Origin: an uncultured Acidobacteriota bacterium
GTDB taxonomy: Bacteria; Acidobacteriota; Thermoanaerobaculia; Multivoradales; UBA5704
Assembly (NCBI GenBank): GCA_963700145.1
Contig: OY969474.1
Span: forward strand, 3,072,001 to 3,136,000
Reading direction: 5' to 3'
Length of the DNA stretch: 64,000 bases
Shown here: positions 21,477 through 29,635 of the stretch, piece by piece
Numbering within the stretch: position 1 is the stretch's first letter
Layout of the letters: every line of letters starts with the position of its first letter
Notes under the pieces: generated by a model
What the model was told of the DNA's origin: nothing
Databases searched by the model: none
Seen by the model: only the letters and a program-made list of their open reading frames with translations
Translations under genes and position numbers: made by a program

Positions 21477-23801
21477 CTACAGCAGCTCCAGGTTCGCGTA
21501 GCGCGCGATCAGGCGGCGCTTGCCGGCTTTCTCGAAGAAGACGGTGAGCTTGGTGTCGTCGCCGTCGCCGTCGATCTCGAGGACGACGCCTTGGCCGAGG
21601 GTGGGGTGGCGGACGCGGCTGCCGCGGCGGGCGGTGCGGCGGGGGGCCATGACCGGGTCGACGGGGTCGGCGCGGCGCTGCGGCGCCGGCCGCTCGGCGC
21701 GCGGCGCGAAGAGAGTCGGCGCGGCCGGCGGCAGGGTGTAGCCCGAGCCCTCCCCGGCGCCCGCCCGCGCGCCGGTCCCGCCGCCGCTCCGCCCGAAGAA
21801 CGAGTACACCGCCTCCGCCCGCTCGCCGCGCGGCGGCTCCCAGGCGAGCGACGGGCTCGACGTCACCTCGCGCAGGTGCTCGGGCAGCTCGGCCAGGAAC
21901 GGCGACTCCTCCTGGTCCTGGTAGCGCCCGGCGATCCGCCGCCGCCGGCAGCACGACAGGTACAGCCGCTCGCGCGCCCGCGTCATCCCGACGTAGAGGA
22001 GACGCCGCTCCTCCTCGACGTCCTCGCGCGCCCCCTGGGCGTTGAAGTGCGGTAGCAGGCCGTCCTCCAGCCCCGAGACCACCACCGACCGGAACTCCAG
22101 GCCCTTGGCGCTGTGCAGCGTCATCAGCGACACGCCGCGCTCGCTCTGCCAGGTGTCGAGGTCGGTGACCAGCGAGACGTGGTCGAGGAAGCCGGTCAGC
22201 AGGTCCTCGTCGGCGGCGTTGGTGCTGTTGGCTTCGGTGAAGTCCTGCGCCGCGGAGAGGAACTCGCGCAGGTTCTCGAGCCGCGCCAGCTCCTCGGGGT
22301 CGTTCTTGTCGAAGAGGTCGGGGTAGCCGGTGGCGGCGAGCAGGCGGTCGAGGAGCGCCGGCAGCGGCAGCTCCTGGGCGTCGCGCTGGAGGTCGAGGAT
22401 CAGGTCGCGGAACTTGCGCAGCGCCGCCGCGCTCTTGCCGGGGAGGTTGCCGAGCTGGTCGAGGAGGAGAACGTCCCAGAGCGGCTGGCCGAGCTGCGCG
22501 ACCTGGGTCTGGAGCAGCTCCTGCGTCGCCTTGCCGATGCCGCGCGGCGGCTGGTTCAGGATGCGCGAGAGCGAGAAGCTGTCGCGCGGGTTGCGCAGGA
22601 CGCGCAGGTAGGCGACCAGGTCCTTGATCTCGGCGCGGTCGTAGAAGCGGGTGCCGCCGACCAGCACGTACGGCACCTCGCGCGCCAGCAGCTCGTCCTC
22701 GATGGCGCGGGTCTGCGCGTTGGTGCGGACCAGGACCGCGATGTCGGCGAGCTTGTGGTCGCGGCGCAGCGTCTGGATCGTGTCGACGATCCAGCGCGCC
22801 TCGTCCCCCTCGTCGAGCGCCTTGAAGAGCTGGATCGGCGCGCCGGCGCCGGTGTCGGTCCACAGGCGCTTGCCGCGGCGGTGGACGTTGTGCGCCACGA
22901 GCGCCCCTGAGATGTCGAGGATGTTCTGGGTCGAGCGGTAGTTCCGCTCCAGCTTCCGCACCACGGCGCCGGGGAAGCCCTTCTCGAACTCCAGGATGTT
23001 GGCCAGCTCGGCGCCGCGCCAGCGGTAGATCCCCTGGTCCTCGTCGCCGACCGCGGTCAAGTTGCCGTCGCGCCCCGCCAGCTCCTGGATCAGGCGGAGC
23101 TGGGCATGGTTGGTGTCCTGGTACTCGTCGACCAGCAGGTACTCGGTGCGTCGGCGGATGCGGGCGCGCAGCTCCTCGTCGGTCGCCAGGAGCTTGACCG
23201 CGAGCGCCAGGAGGTCGTCGAAATCGACCCCCGAGGCCTGCTGCAGGAGCCCCTGGTAGCGGCGGTAGAGCAGCGCCGCCTTCTTCTGGAAGAAGTGCTG
23301 CGCCTGCGCCTCGTAGGCGGCGGGCTCGAGGAGGCGGTTCTTGGCCGAGCTGATCTCGGCCAGCACGGCGCGCGGCGAAAACGCCTTCTCGGAAAGCCCC
23401 TCGGCGGCCAGCGCCTGCTTGACCAGGCCGAACTGGTCGGCGGTGTCGAGGATGGCGAAGTCGCGCTTCAGCCCCACCCGCTCGCCGTAGCGGCGGAGGA
23501 GGATCAGCGAGTAGCGGTGAAAGGTGCCGACGATGGCGGGAAGCGGGTAGATGCCGAGCAGGCGCTCGACCCGCTCGCGCATCTCGCCCGCCGCCTTGTT
23601 GGTGAAGGTGACGGCGACCAGGTGCCCGGGGTCGATCCCCCGCTCCTGCGCCAGCCAGGCGATGCGGTAGGTGATGACCCGGGTCTTCCCCGAGCCCGCC
23701 CCGGCCAGGACGAGCTGCGGCCCCTCGCCGTGGGTGACGGCCGCAATCTGATCGGGGTTCAGCTCGCGCTCGAGGTCGAGGGGGGTGCGGACGGCTCTCA
23801 C
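21477..23801 (-). CDS. uvrD: ATP-dependent DNA helicase UvrD/PcrA
   Basis: AGAGSGKT, VDEYQD, VGDEDQGIY, LERNYRS, HSAKGLEF, EERRLLYVGMTRA and a Tudor-like C-terminus. GTG at 23801 lies 7 nt after TACACT. Confidence 0.95.
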   Translation of the reverse strand: MRAVRTPLDLERELNPDQIAAVTHGEGPQLVLAGAGSGKTRVITYRIAWLAQERGIDPGHLVAVTFTNKAAGEMRERVERLLGIYPLPAIVGTFHRYSLILLRRYGERVGLKRDFAILDTADQFGLVKQALAAEGLSEKAFSPRAVLAEISSAKNRLLEPAAYEAQAQHFFQKKAALLYRRYQGLLQQASGVDFDDLLALAVKLLATDEELRARIRRRTEYLLVDEYQDTNHAQLRLIQELAGRDGNLTAVGDEDQGIYRWRGAELANILEFEKGFPGAVVRKLERNYRSTQNILDISGALVAHNVHRRGKRLWTDTGAGAPIQLFKALDEGDEARWIVDTIQTLRRDHKLADIAVLVRTNAQTRAIEDELLAREVPYVLVGGTRFYDRAEIKDLVAYLRVLRNPRDSFSLSRILNQPPRGIGKATQELLQTQVAQLGQPLWDVLLLDQLGNLPGKSAAALRKFRDLILDLQRDAQELPLPALLDRLLAATGYPDLFDKNDPEELARLENLREFLSAAQDFTEANSTNAADEDLLTGFLDHVSLVTDLDTWQSERGVSLMTLHSAKGLEFRSVVVSGLEDGLLPHFNAQGAREDVEEERRLLYVGMTRARERLYLSCCRRRRIAGRYQDQEESPFLAELPEHLREVTSSPSLAWEPPRGERAEAVYSFFGRSGGGTGARAGAGEGSGYTLPPAAPTLFAPRAERPAPQRRADPVDPVMAPRRTARRGSRVRHPTLGQGVVLEIDGDGDDTKLTVFFEKAGKRRLIARYANLELL

Positions 23802-23847
23802 CGGCGAGAGTGTAGAGTGATTGCAGCCCCACGCGGAGGGAATTTCG

Positions 23848-25008
23848 ATGAGACCACGGACGCTTTGTGCGCTCCTCGCCTGCCTCGCCCTATGCGCCGT
23901 TTTCGGCTGCGGGCTGCCGCCCCAGACGGCGCCGGAGGGCGCCGCGCCGGCCGGCGGCCAGCCGGCCAGCACGGCCATCCAGCAGCAGATGGCCGTCCTC
24001 GCCTTCGTCGCCTACCTCGGCGAGGAGCTCACGGGCTCGGACGACAAAGTGGAAGGCGAGCTCTATCCCTGCCTCGAGGCCCAGCTCAAGGCGGAGCCTC
24101 TGACCAACGGCAAGTGGATCCTGACGTGGGGACCGGCGGCCTACAAGTTCGACATCGCCCACTACGACGACAACATGCTGTACGTCGTCCGCGACGCCGC
24201 CGACCCGGCGCACCTGGCGATCGCCACGCGCGGCACCAACGCCGAGGCGATCCTCGATTGGCTGCTCGAGGACCTCGACGTGGACCACCAGGTCGCCTGG
24301 CGGTACGGCGACGCGCCGAGCGGCGCGAAGATCTCGCAGGCGACCGAGAACGGGCTCCGCGTCCTGCAGACGATGGTCCCGGCGAGCGGGCCGGTGCCGA
24401 ACAAGACGCTGACCCAGTTCCTCAAGACGTACTCGCAGGCCAACGGCGCGCTCCAGATCCACGTCACCGGCCACAGCCTGGGCGGCGCGCTGGCGCCGAC
24501 GCTCGCCCTCTGGCTGGCCGACACCCGGCGCGACTGGGACGCCTCCGGCCAGTCGACCATCGCGGTCGTCTCGCTGGCCGGCCCGACCGCCGGCAACGCC
24601 GCCTTCGCCGCCTACTCCGACTCGCGGATCGGCTCCTCCACCACCCGGCTGCACAACCCGTACGACGTCGTGCCCCTGGCCTGGAACCACGCGACGATGG
24701 GCACCATCGCCGGTCTCTACGCGCCGACGATCGAGCCCGAGAGGGTCATCCGCGACGCCATCGACGTCGCCAGAGATCTCGTCAAGGACAAGGGCTACAC
24801 GCAGATCCGCCCCAACGCGCCGGCCCTCCCCGGCGCCCTCTTCGCCGGCACCAGCTACGTCGAACAGGTCTCCTCGCAGCACACCTGCGGCTATCAGTGC
24901 GCCCTGGGGCTCGTGCCGTCGCTCTACACGCCGGTGTCGCTGGACTGCAGACCGGGGGGAAGCCAGAAAAAGGGCTGCTCCTGCCCGACGACCACGCCCA
25001 CGCCGTAG
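23848..25008 (+). CDS. class 3 lipase family lipoprotein
   Basis: Lipobox-like VFGC, IATRGT, VTGHSLGGALA, AGPTAGN and DVVP. Confidence 0.85.
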   Translation: MRPRTLCALLACLALCAVFGCGLPPQTAPEGAAPAGGQPASTAIQQQMAVLAFVAYLGEELTGSDDKVEGELYPCLEAQLKAEPLTNGKWILTWGPAAYKFDIAHYDDNMLYVVRDAADPAHLAIATRGTNAEAILDWLLEDLDVDHQVAWRYGDAPSGAKISQATENGLRVLQTMVPASGPVPNKTLTQFLKTYSQANGALQIHVTGHSLGGALAPTLALWLADTRRDWDASGQSTIAVVSLAGPTAGNAAFAAYSDSRIGSSTTRLHNPYDVVPLAWNHATMGTIAGLYAPTIEPERVIRDAIDVARDLVKDKGYTQIRPNAPALPGALFAGTSYVEQVSSQHTCGYQCALGLVPSLYTPVSLDCRPGGSQKKGCSCPTTTPTP

Positions 25009-25099
25009 GACGGGCGCCCCGGGCCCGGGAGCGAGCGTCCACCGGCGGGGTTTCCGCCCCCCAACCCGACCAGCTCCCCCAGCCCGACGAGTGGCGCGA

Positions 25100-25298
25100 G
25101 CGCAAGCTCGCCCGCGCCGCGGCCGCCCGAGCGAAAGGCCACCGCTTCGGCACCATCTGCTGCCGCATGCGCGGCTATCGCAACCTGGTCCCGGACCTCC
25201 GCATCTCAGGCCGCTGGCTCCAGCGCGCCGGCTTCGACCGCGGGCAGCACTACGAGATCGAGGTCCGGGCGGGGCGGCTTACGATTCGAGCTGTGTAA
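25100..25298 (+). CDS. SymE-family (AbrB-fold) type I toxin, possibly 5'-truncated
   Basis: VPDLRISGRWLQRAGFDRGQHYEIEVRAGRLTI matches the SymE pattern P.L.L.G.WL..AGF..G..V.V....L.I. First in-frame ATG is at 25167; start uncertain. Confidence 0.7.
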
Positions 25299-25488
25299 TG
25301 GGAAGCCAGCAGCTGACCGCGGACCGCAGCCGCGGGGATGCTACGACCTGACCTGCGAGCGAGTGCAGCTCTTGCTGCAGCTCGTCGTCCGACGGATGCC
25401 CGGACATGTCTCCGCGGTCGCCGCCGGCTGGTCTAAGATGCGCCTTGTGGCGGGCCAAGCTGCCCCGAACAATCCCGGAGGCGACAGG

Positions 25489-26190
25489 ATGACGAAAGCG
25501 GCGGCATCCTTTAACGCCTACACCCCCGAAGAGCTCCTAGGCTCCCTCAACGAAGTCGAGCGGCTCAACGCGCCGGAGCAACTCTACGTCGAGGGGGACC
25601 TCCAGCTGCTGCGGCGGCGGCCGCGAGTCTCGATCGTGGGCGCGCGGCGTGCCTCCGAGGAGGGGCTGCGAAGGGCAACGCGCCTGGCACGCGAGCTGGC
25701 GATGCGAGGGGCTGTCGTCGTCAGTGGGTTGGCGGAGGGGATTGATACGGCCGCGCACGAGGGCGCGATCGTGGCTGGCGGCAAGACGGTGGCGGTCCTC
25801 GGCACACCGCTCGATGACGTCTACCCCAAGCGGAACCGAGAGCTCCAGGCGCTCATCATGCGGGAACACCTCGCGGTATCGCAGTTCCCGCTCGGATCGC
25901 CCGTTCGGCGAGGCAACTTTCCCAGGCGGAACCGAGTCATGGCGCTGCTCAGCGATGCAACTGTCATCGTCGAGGCCGGCGAGACAAGCGGTTCGCTGTC
26001 GCAGGGCTGGGAGGCGATCCGTCTGGGAAGACAATTGTTGATCCTGAAGTCCACCGTTGAACGCCGCGATCTTCTGTGGCCTCGGATGATGGTGGACTAT
26101 GGCGCCGAGGTCCTGAGCGACACAGAGCGCCTGCTCGAGCAGCTTCCACAGGAGGAGCTCGCCGAGGTTGCCTCCCTACCCGCTTTCTAA
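25489..26190 (+). CDS. stand-alone DprA/Smf Rossmann-fold protein (DprA-PRTase pair)
   Basis: VSIVGAR, VVSGLAEGIDTAAH, FPRRNRVM and VEAGETSGSL. Lacks the N-terminal SAM and C-terminal wHTH domains of competence DprA. Confidence 0.88.
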   Translation: MTKAAASFNAYTPEELLGSLNEVERLNAPEQLYVEGDLQLLRRRPRVSIVGARRASEEGLRRATRLARELAMRGAVVVSGLAEGIDTAAHEGAIVAGGKTVAVLGTPLDDVYPKRNRELQALIMREHLAVSQFPLGSPVRRGNFPRRNRVMALLSDATVIVEAGETSGSLSQGWEAIRLGRQLLILKSTVERRDLLWPRMMVDYGAEVLSDTERLLEQLPQEELAEVASLPAF

Positions 26191-26845
26191 ACTCACGTTC
26201 GGGTCGTTCCTCGCGTACTCGTCACACGGCCAGTCAGAACTCTCCCGCACCTCGCGAACCCTGCGCGATCGCATCAAGCACGACCGAGAAAGCTGGACCC
26301 CGGGACTGCCGATGCTGCGCTACGCCGCCGCAAGGCTGGCAGAGGAGCTGGAGAATGCTCCAACCCTCCGTGAGCTCCTCAATCCTCAGGCGCTCCTCGT
26401 GCCGGCGCCTGGTCATACGCCGCTGCCGCCTAGCCGATACGCGGCGTCGATCCTGTGGGTGCCTCGCCGAATCGCTCAGGAGCTGCATCAGGTGAGCCTC
26501 GGCGCCGCGGTGGCACCGATCCTCGTGCGTCACTCACGGATTCCCAAGGCGGCCTTTGCTGTCTCTGGCGAGCGGCCCACTCTTGGTGATCACTTCAACT
26601 CACTGCACGTCGACTCGCAGATCGTCGATCCACCGCAGGCGATCACGGTCGTGGACGATTTCGTGACAAAAGGCACGACCCTCCTCGCTTGCGCGACGCT
26701 GCTTCAGAATGCCTACCCTGATTCAGTGGTCAAGGCCTTCGCCCTCGTGCGAACCTTCAGCTACAGTGACGTCGAGTCGATCATGGACCCGGTCGTCGGG
26801 GTAATCGAACCCGACTCCTGGGGCGAAGCGCGGCGGGCGCCTTAG
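26168..26845 (+). CDS. phosphoribosyltransferase-fold (ComF-like) protein
   Basis: LLVPAP and the PRPP-binding loop VVDDFVTKGTTL. Overlaps the dprA stop. Confidence 0.85.
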   Translation: MPPYPLSKLTFGSFLAYSSHGQSELSRTSRTLRDRIKHDRESWTPGLPMLRYAAARLAEELENAPTLRELLNPQALLVPAPGHTPLPPSRYAASILWVPRRIAQELHQVSLGAAVAPILVRHSRIPKAAFAVSGERPTLGDHFNSLHVDSQIVDPPQAITVVDDFVTKGTTLLACATLLQNAYPDSVVKAFALVRTFSYSDVESIMDPVVGVIEPDSWGEARRAP

Positions 26846-26848
26846 TCC

Positions 26849-26989
26849 TTGCCCTGCCGCAGCCGCGGCTATCGCCGCTTGGTACCCGACCTCCCCACCT
26901 CGGGCTGGCTGCAGCACGCCGGCTTCGACCTCGGCCAACACTACGAGATCGAGATTCGGGCGGGCCGGCTTACGATTCGAGCTATGTGA
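26849..26989 (+). pseudogene. second, partial symE copy (direct repeat of ~25160-25298)
   Basis: Translates as LPCRSRGYRRLVPDLPTSGWLQHAGFDLGQHYEIEIRAGRLTIRAM*, versus CRMRGYRNLVPDLRISGRWLQRAGFDRGQHYEIEVRAGRLTIRAV* in copy 1. Confidence 0.8.
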
Positions 26990-27227
26990 GCGCGAAAGGC
27001 CTGTCGGTGTACAGCCAGCGGTTGACTTTTGGCCGCGCGGCGAAGCTACGACCGACGGATCCCCGGCAAATGCTCGGCCGCCCCTCTGTGATTTGAGGGG
27101 GGCGAATCCTGCCACCGTAGAACCAGGGGCCGGTCTCTTCAAGCAGCTCGAGGTGGCTGCCAGCTGGCAGTTGCGCCCACCGTGTGAGAGACTGCGAGCA
27201 TCATAATCAACCAAGGAGGGCCTCGAG

Positions 27228-27677
27228 ATGCGCTTTCTCGGCCTAGGTTTAACGCTCCTGCTACTCGTTCCCGTGGCGGCACTAGGCCAGCCACGGACAA
27301 GCAGCGCCACTGCCAGGGCTGTAGGAGCCGCCGTCATCACCGCGCCGGCTGTTCCAAGCAAAGATAAGAGCGCCGGTGAGCTGGTTGGCAAGGTGGTCGG
27401 TGTTGCCGATCTTGGGTTTGTTTGCGGTGTTCGTGCGACGTTCGTCGAGCTCTCCATTAAGGGCATCCTGCCTTATGCGATGCCTGCTGCTGCCATCTGC
27501 CCGGGTAACTTAGCAGCTACATGCCGAGCGTTCCGGCCTAATCAGCGAGTGCGGTTACTAGGCAAACTGGCCACTGTGCCAGATCCGGAGCAGCCCGGAT
27601 ATCAGGTCTGCAACCCCCGGTCGTGGGTGGACTTCCTTCCAGCGTACGGGTTCGGGGTCACTAGCGTGCCGCGGTAG
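27228..27677 (+). CDS. secreted hypothetical protein
   Basis: AAGGAGG RBS, signal peptide, four Cys and lower GC than the backbone. Confidence 0.65.
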   Translation: MRFLGLGLTLLLLVPVAALGQPRTSSATARAVGAAVITAPAVPSKDKSAGELVGKVVGVADLGFVCGVRATFVELSIKGILPYAMPAAAICPGNLAATCRAFRPNQRVRLLGKLATVPDPEQPGYQVCNPRSWVDFLPAYGFGVTSVPR

Positions 27678-27712
27678 GATGCAACCAAAACTCCTTTAGA
27701 AGGAGAAGTGCT

Positions 27713-29503
27713 ATGCGCAGTCTTGTTGCCCTCCTGCTCCTCATCCATGCAAGTGCTGGCCTAGAGGCTCAAGAGGCTGTTGGCCCGGCGCTGATCCCCG
27801 CTTCACTTGTCTCACAGAACCAGATTCCGGTGCCGGTTTTTATGCCTAGCGAAGTGCGGCCCATTGCTATTCTGCGTTCTGCTACCGAGGGTGCGGCCGA
27901 TGAATTGGAAGCCATGTTGGCATGGAATAGGGCCGGCAATGTGCCCCCACGCAACGGGTTCGTTCGCCCATTGCCGCTTGGGAAGCGTCTGAACGTATCA
28001 GAGTTCCAAACAACGTCGAATCGCCGGGGGACTAGCGAGAACAAAATCGTCTGGGCCGGACGTGTCGAGGTTGCAGGCGCGCACCGAATACGCATTCACC
28101 TCGAAGAAGTACGACTGCCGGTCGGCAGCCAGCTATGGGTTTCCGGTGGGAGTGGAGAGACTGTCGGGCCGTTCGGTCTGAATCTTTTGGGACCCGGAGG
28201 GGAGCTCTGGACACCGAGCGTGAGCGGGCCAGTAGCTACATTGATTGTGCAGCTCCCAGAGAAAGAGCAGTTCACAGCGCATGCGTTGTTCCGTGTGACT
28301 CAGGTCGCCGAGATATTCGCGCTTGAAGACCAGAATCCGGCCCTGCCACTGCCCAGCCACGTGCAATCCTGCCTCATTGACGGTCGCTGCATCACCACAG
28401 CCACTCTAGATGTTATCGACTTCTATCGTTCCGCTGTGGCCCAGTTGCAGTATCTCAAGAGCGGGTCTAGCTTTGTGTGCACCGGTGCTCTGCTGAACGA
28501 CACCGACGATTCAGGGTTCATACCCTATCTCCTCACCGCAAATCATTGCTTCAGCTCCCAGGCTTCGGCATCAAGCCTTGAAGCATTCTGGGACTACGTT
28601 ACCTCAACCTGTGGGGGCCCATTCCCGGGTCTTGGCTCTCTGCCGCGATCCAGTGGCAGCACACTCCTCGCAACAAGCTCGCAAACTGACTTCACATTTG
28701 TGCGACTCAACTCAATACCTGGAGCGCGCGCATTACTTGGTTGGAACGCAAACCCATCGGCCGTGGGGCAAAACACGTTTCTTAACCGTTTATCTCACCC
28801 GGCTCCAAATTCCTTTCCGTATTCGCAGGGCTACTCGAGGACGAGAGCCACCAATACGCCAGCGGGCACCTGCGGGCCCGACCAAGATGGTCGGCCTCTG
28901 AATGACCTGACAAAGTTTATCTATTCAGCTCCCGACCTAGGGGCTACCTTTCCAGGAAGCTCTGGTGCTCCTGTTATTCTCGCCGGCGGATTTGTTGTGG
29001 GCCAACTTTACGGCGCGTGTGCGTTAGACCCCACCGAACCTTGTCTGTTTGGGGCCCAGGATTACACAATCGACGGCCGCTTCTCCTCTACTTTCCCCAG
29101 CATTGCCCAGTGGCTCAATCCGACCACGGGGAACGGCCCATGTGTTCCGGGTGCCAATACCGCCTGCTTGGCCAACAGTCGGTTCGAGGTAAGAGTCGAT
29201 TGGCAGACGACAGCAACGAGCGGAGCGGCCCAGGTCATGGCTTTTGGGGGTCAGCGGGCCGAGAACAATGACTCGGCCTTTTTCTGGTTCTTTAGTGCGA
29301 CGAACTTCGAGATGGGGTTGAAGATCCTCAACGCTTGTGGGATTAACGGCAGATTCTGGGTCTTCATCAGCGGGCTGACCGACCAAGGATGGACGGTGCG
29401 CATCCGCGACACTCAAACCGGGAGCATAAAAACCTATAACAACCCGACGGGACGTCTCACGCCAACAACGGCTGACACCCTGGCCGGCCTGCCATGTAAC
29501 TGA
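27713..29503 (+). CDS. secreted trypsin-like serine protease (lysyl endopeptidase-like) with C-terminal accessory domain
   Basis: Signal peptide, CTGALLN, LTANHC (His), TDFT (Asp) and GSSGAP (Ser). C-terminal C...CL...RFEV.V.W...FWFF...N.E...K.LNAC..N..FWVF..GLT domain. Confidence 0.88.
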   Translation: MRSLVALLLLIHASAGLEAQEAVGPALIPASLVSQNQIPVPVFMPSEVRPIAILRSATEGAADELEAMLAWNRAGNVPPRNGFVRPLPLGKRLNVSEFQTTSNRRGTSENKIVWAGRVEVAGAHRIRIHLEEVRLPVGSQLWVSGGSGETVGPFGLNLLGPGGELWTPSVSGPVATLIVQLPEKEQFTAHALFRVTQVAEIFALEDQNPALPLPSHVQSCLIDGRCITTATLDVIDFYRSAVAQLQYLKSGSSFVCTGALLNDTDDSGFIPYLLTANHCFSSQASASSLEAFWDYVTSTCGGPFPGLGSLPRSSGSTLLATSSQTDFTFVRLNSIPGARALLGWNANPSAVGQNTFLNRLSHPAPNSFPYSQGYSRTRATNTPAGTCGPDQDGRPLNDLTKFIYSAPDLGATFPGSSGAPVILAGGFVVGQLYGACALDPTEPCLFGAQDYTIDGRFSSTFPSIAQWLNPTTGNGPCVPGANTACLANSRFEVRVDWQTTATSGAAQVMAFGGQRAENNDSAFFWFFSATNFEMGLKILNACGINGRFWVFISGLTDQGWTVRIRDTQTGSIKTYNNPTGRLTPTTADTLAGLPCN

Positions 29504-29635
29504 GACTGCAGAGCCGCGGAACGCCGAACGGAGCGCCGGCCCTGGCCGCAGCAACCTGCCATACAGGCATTTTGCCGCCGAGGGTCCCTGGTCCCTTCTA
29601 AGAGCTGTCATGCGCAGGGCTAGGGCACCGCGGAT

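Noticed and set aside
27186-29514. GAGACTGC(A)GAGC on both sides of the hypothetical plus protease genes as a target-site duplication
   Set aside because: Only 8 contiguous identical bases, which is compatible with chance.
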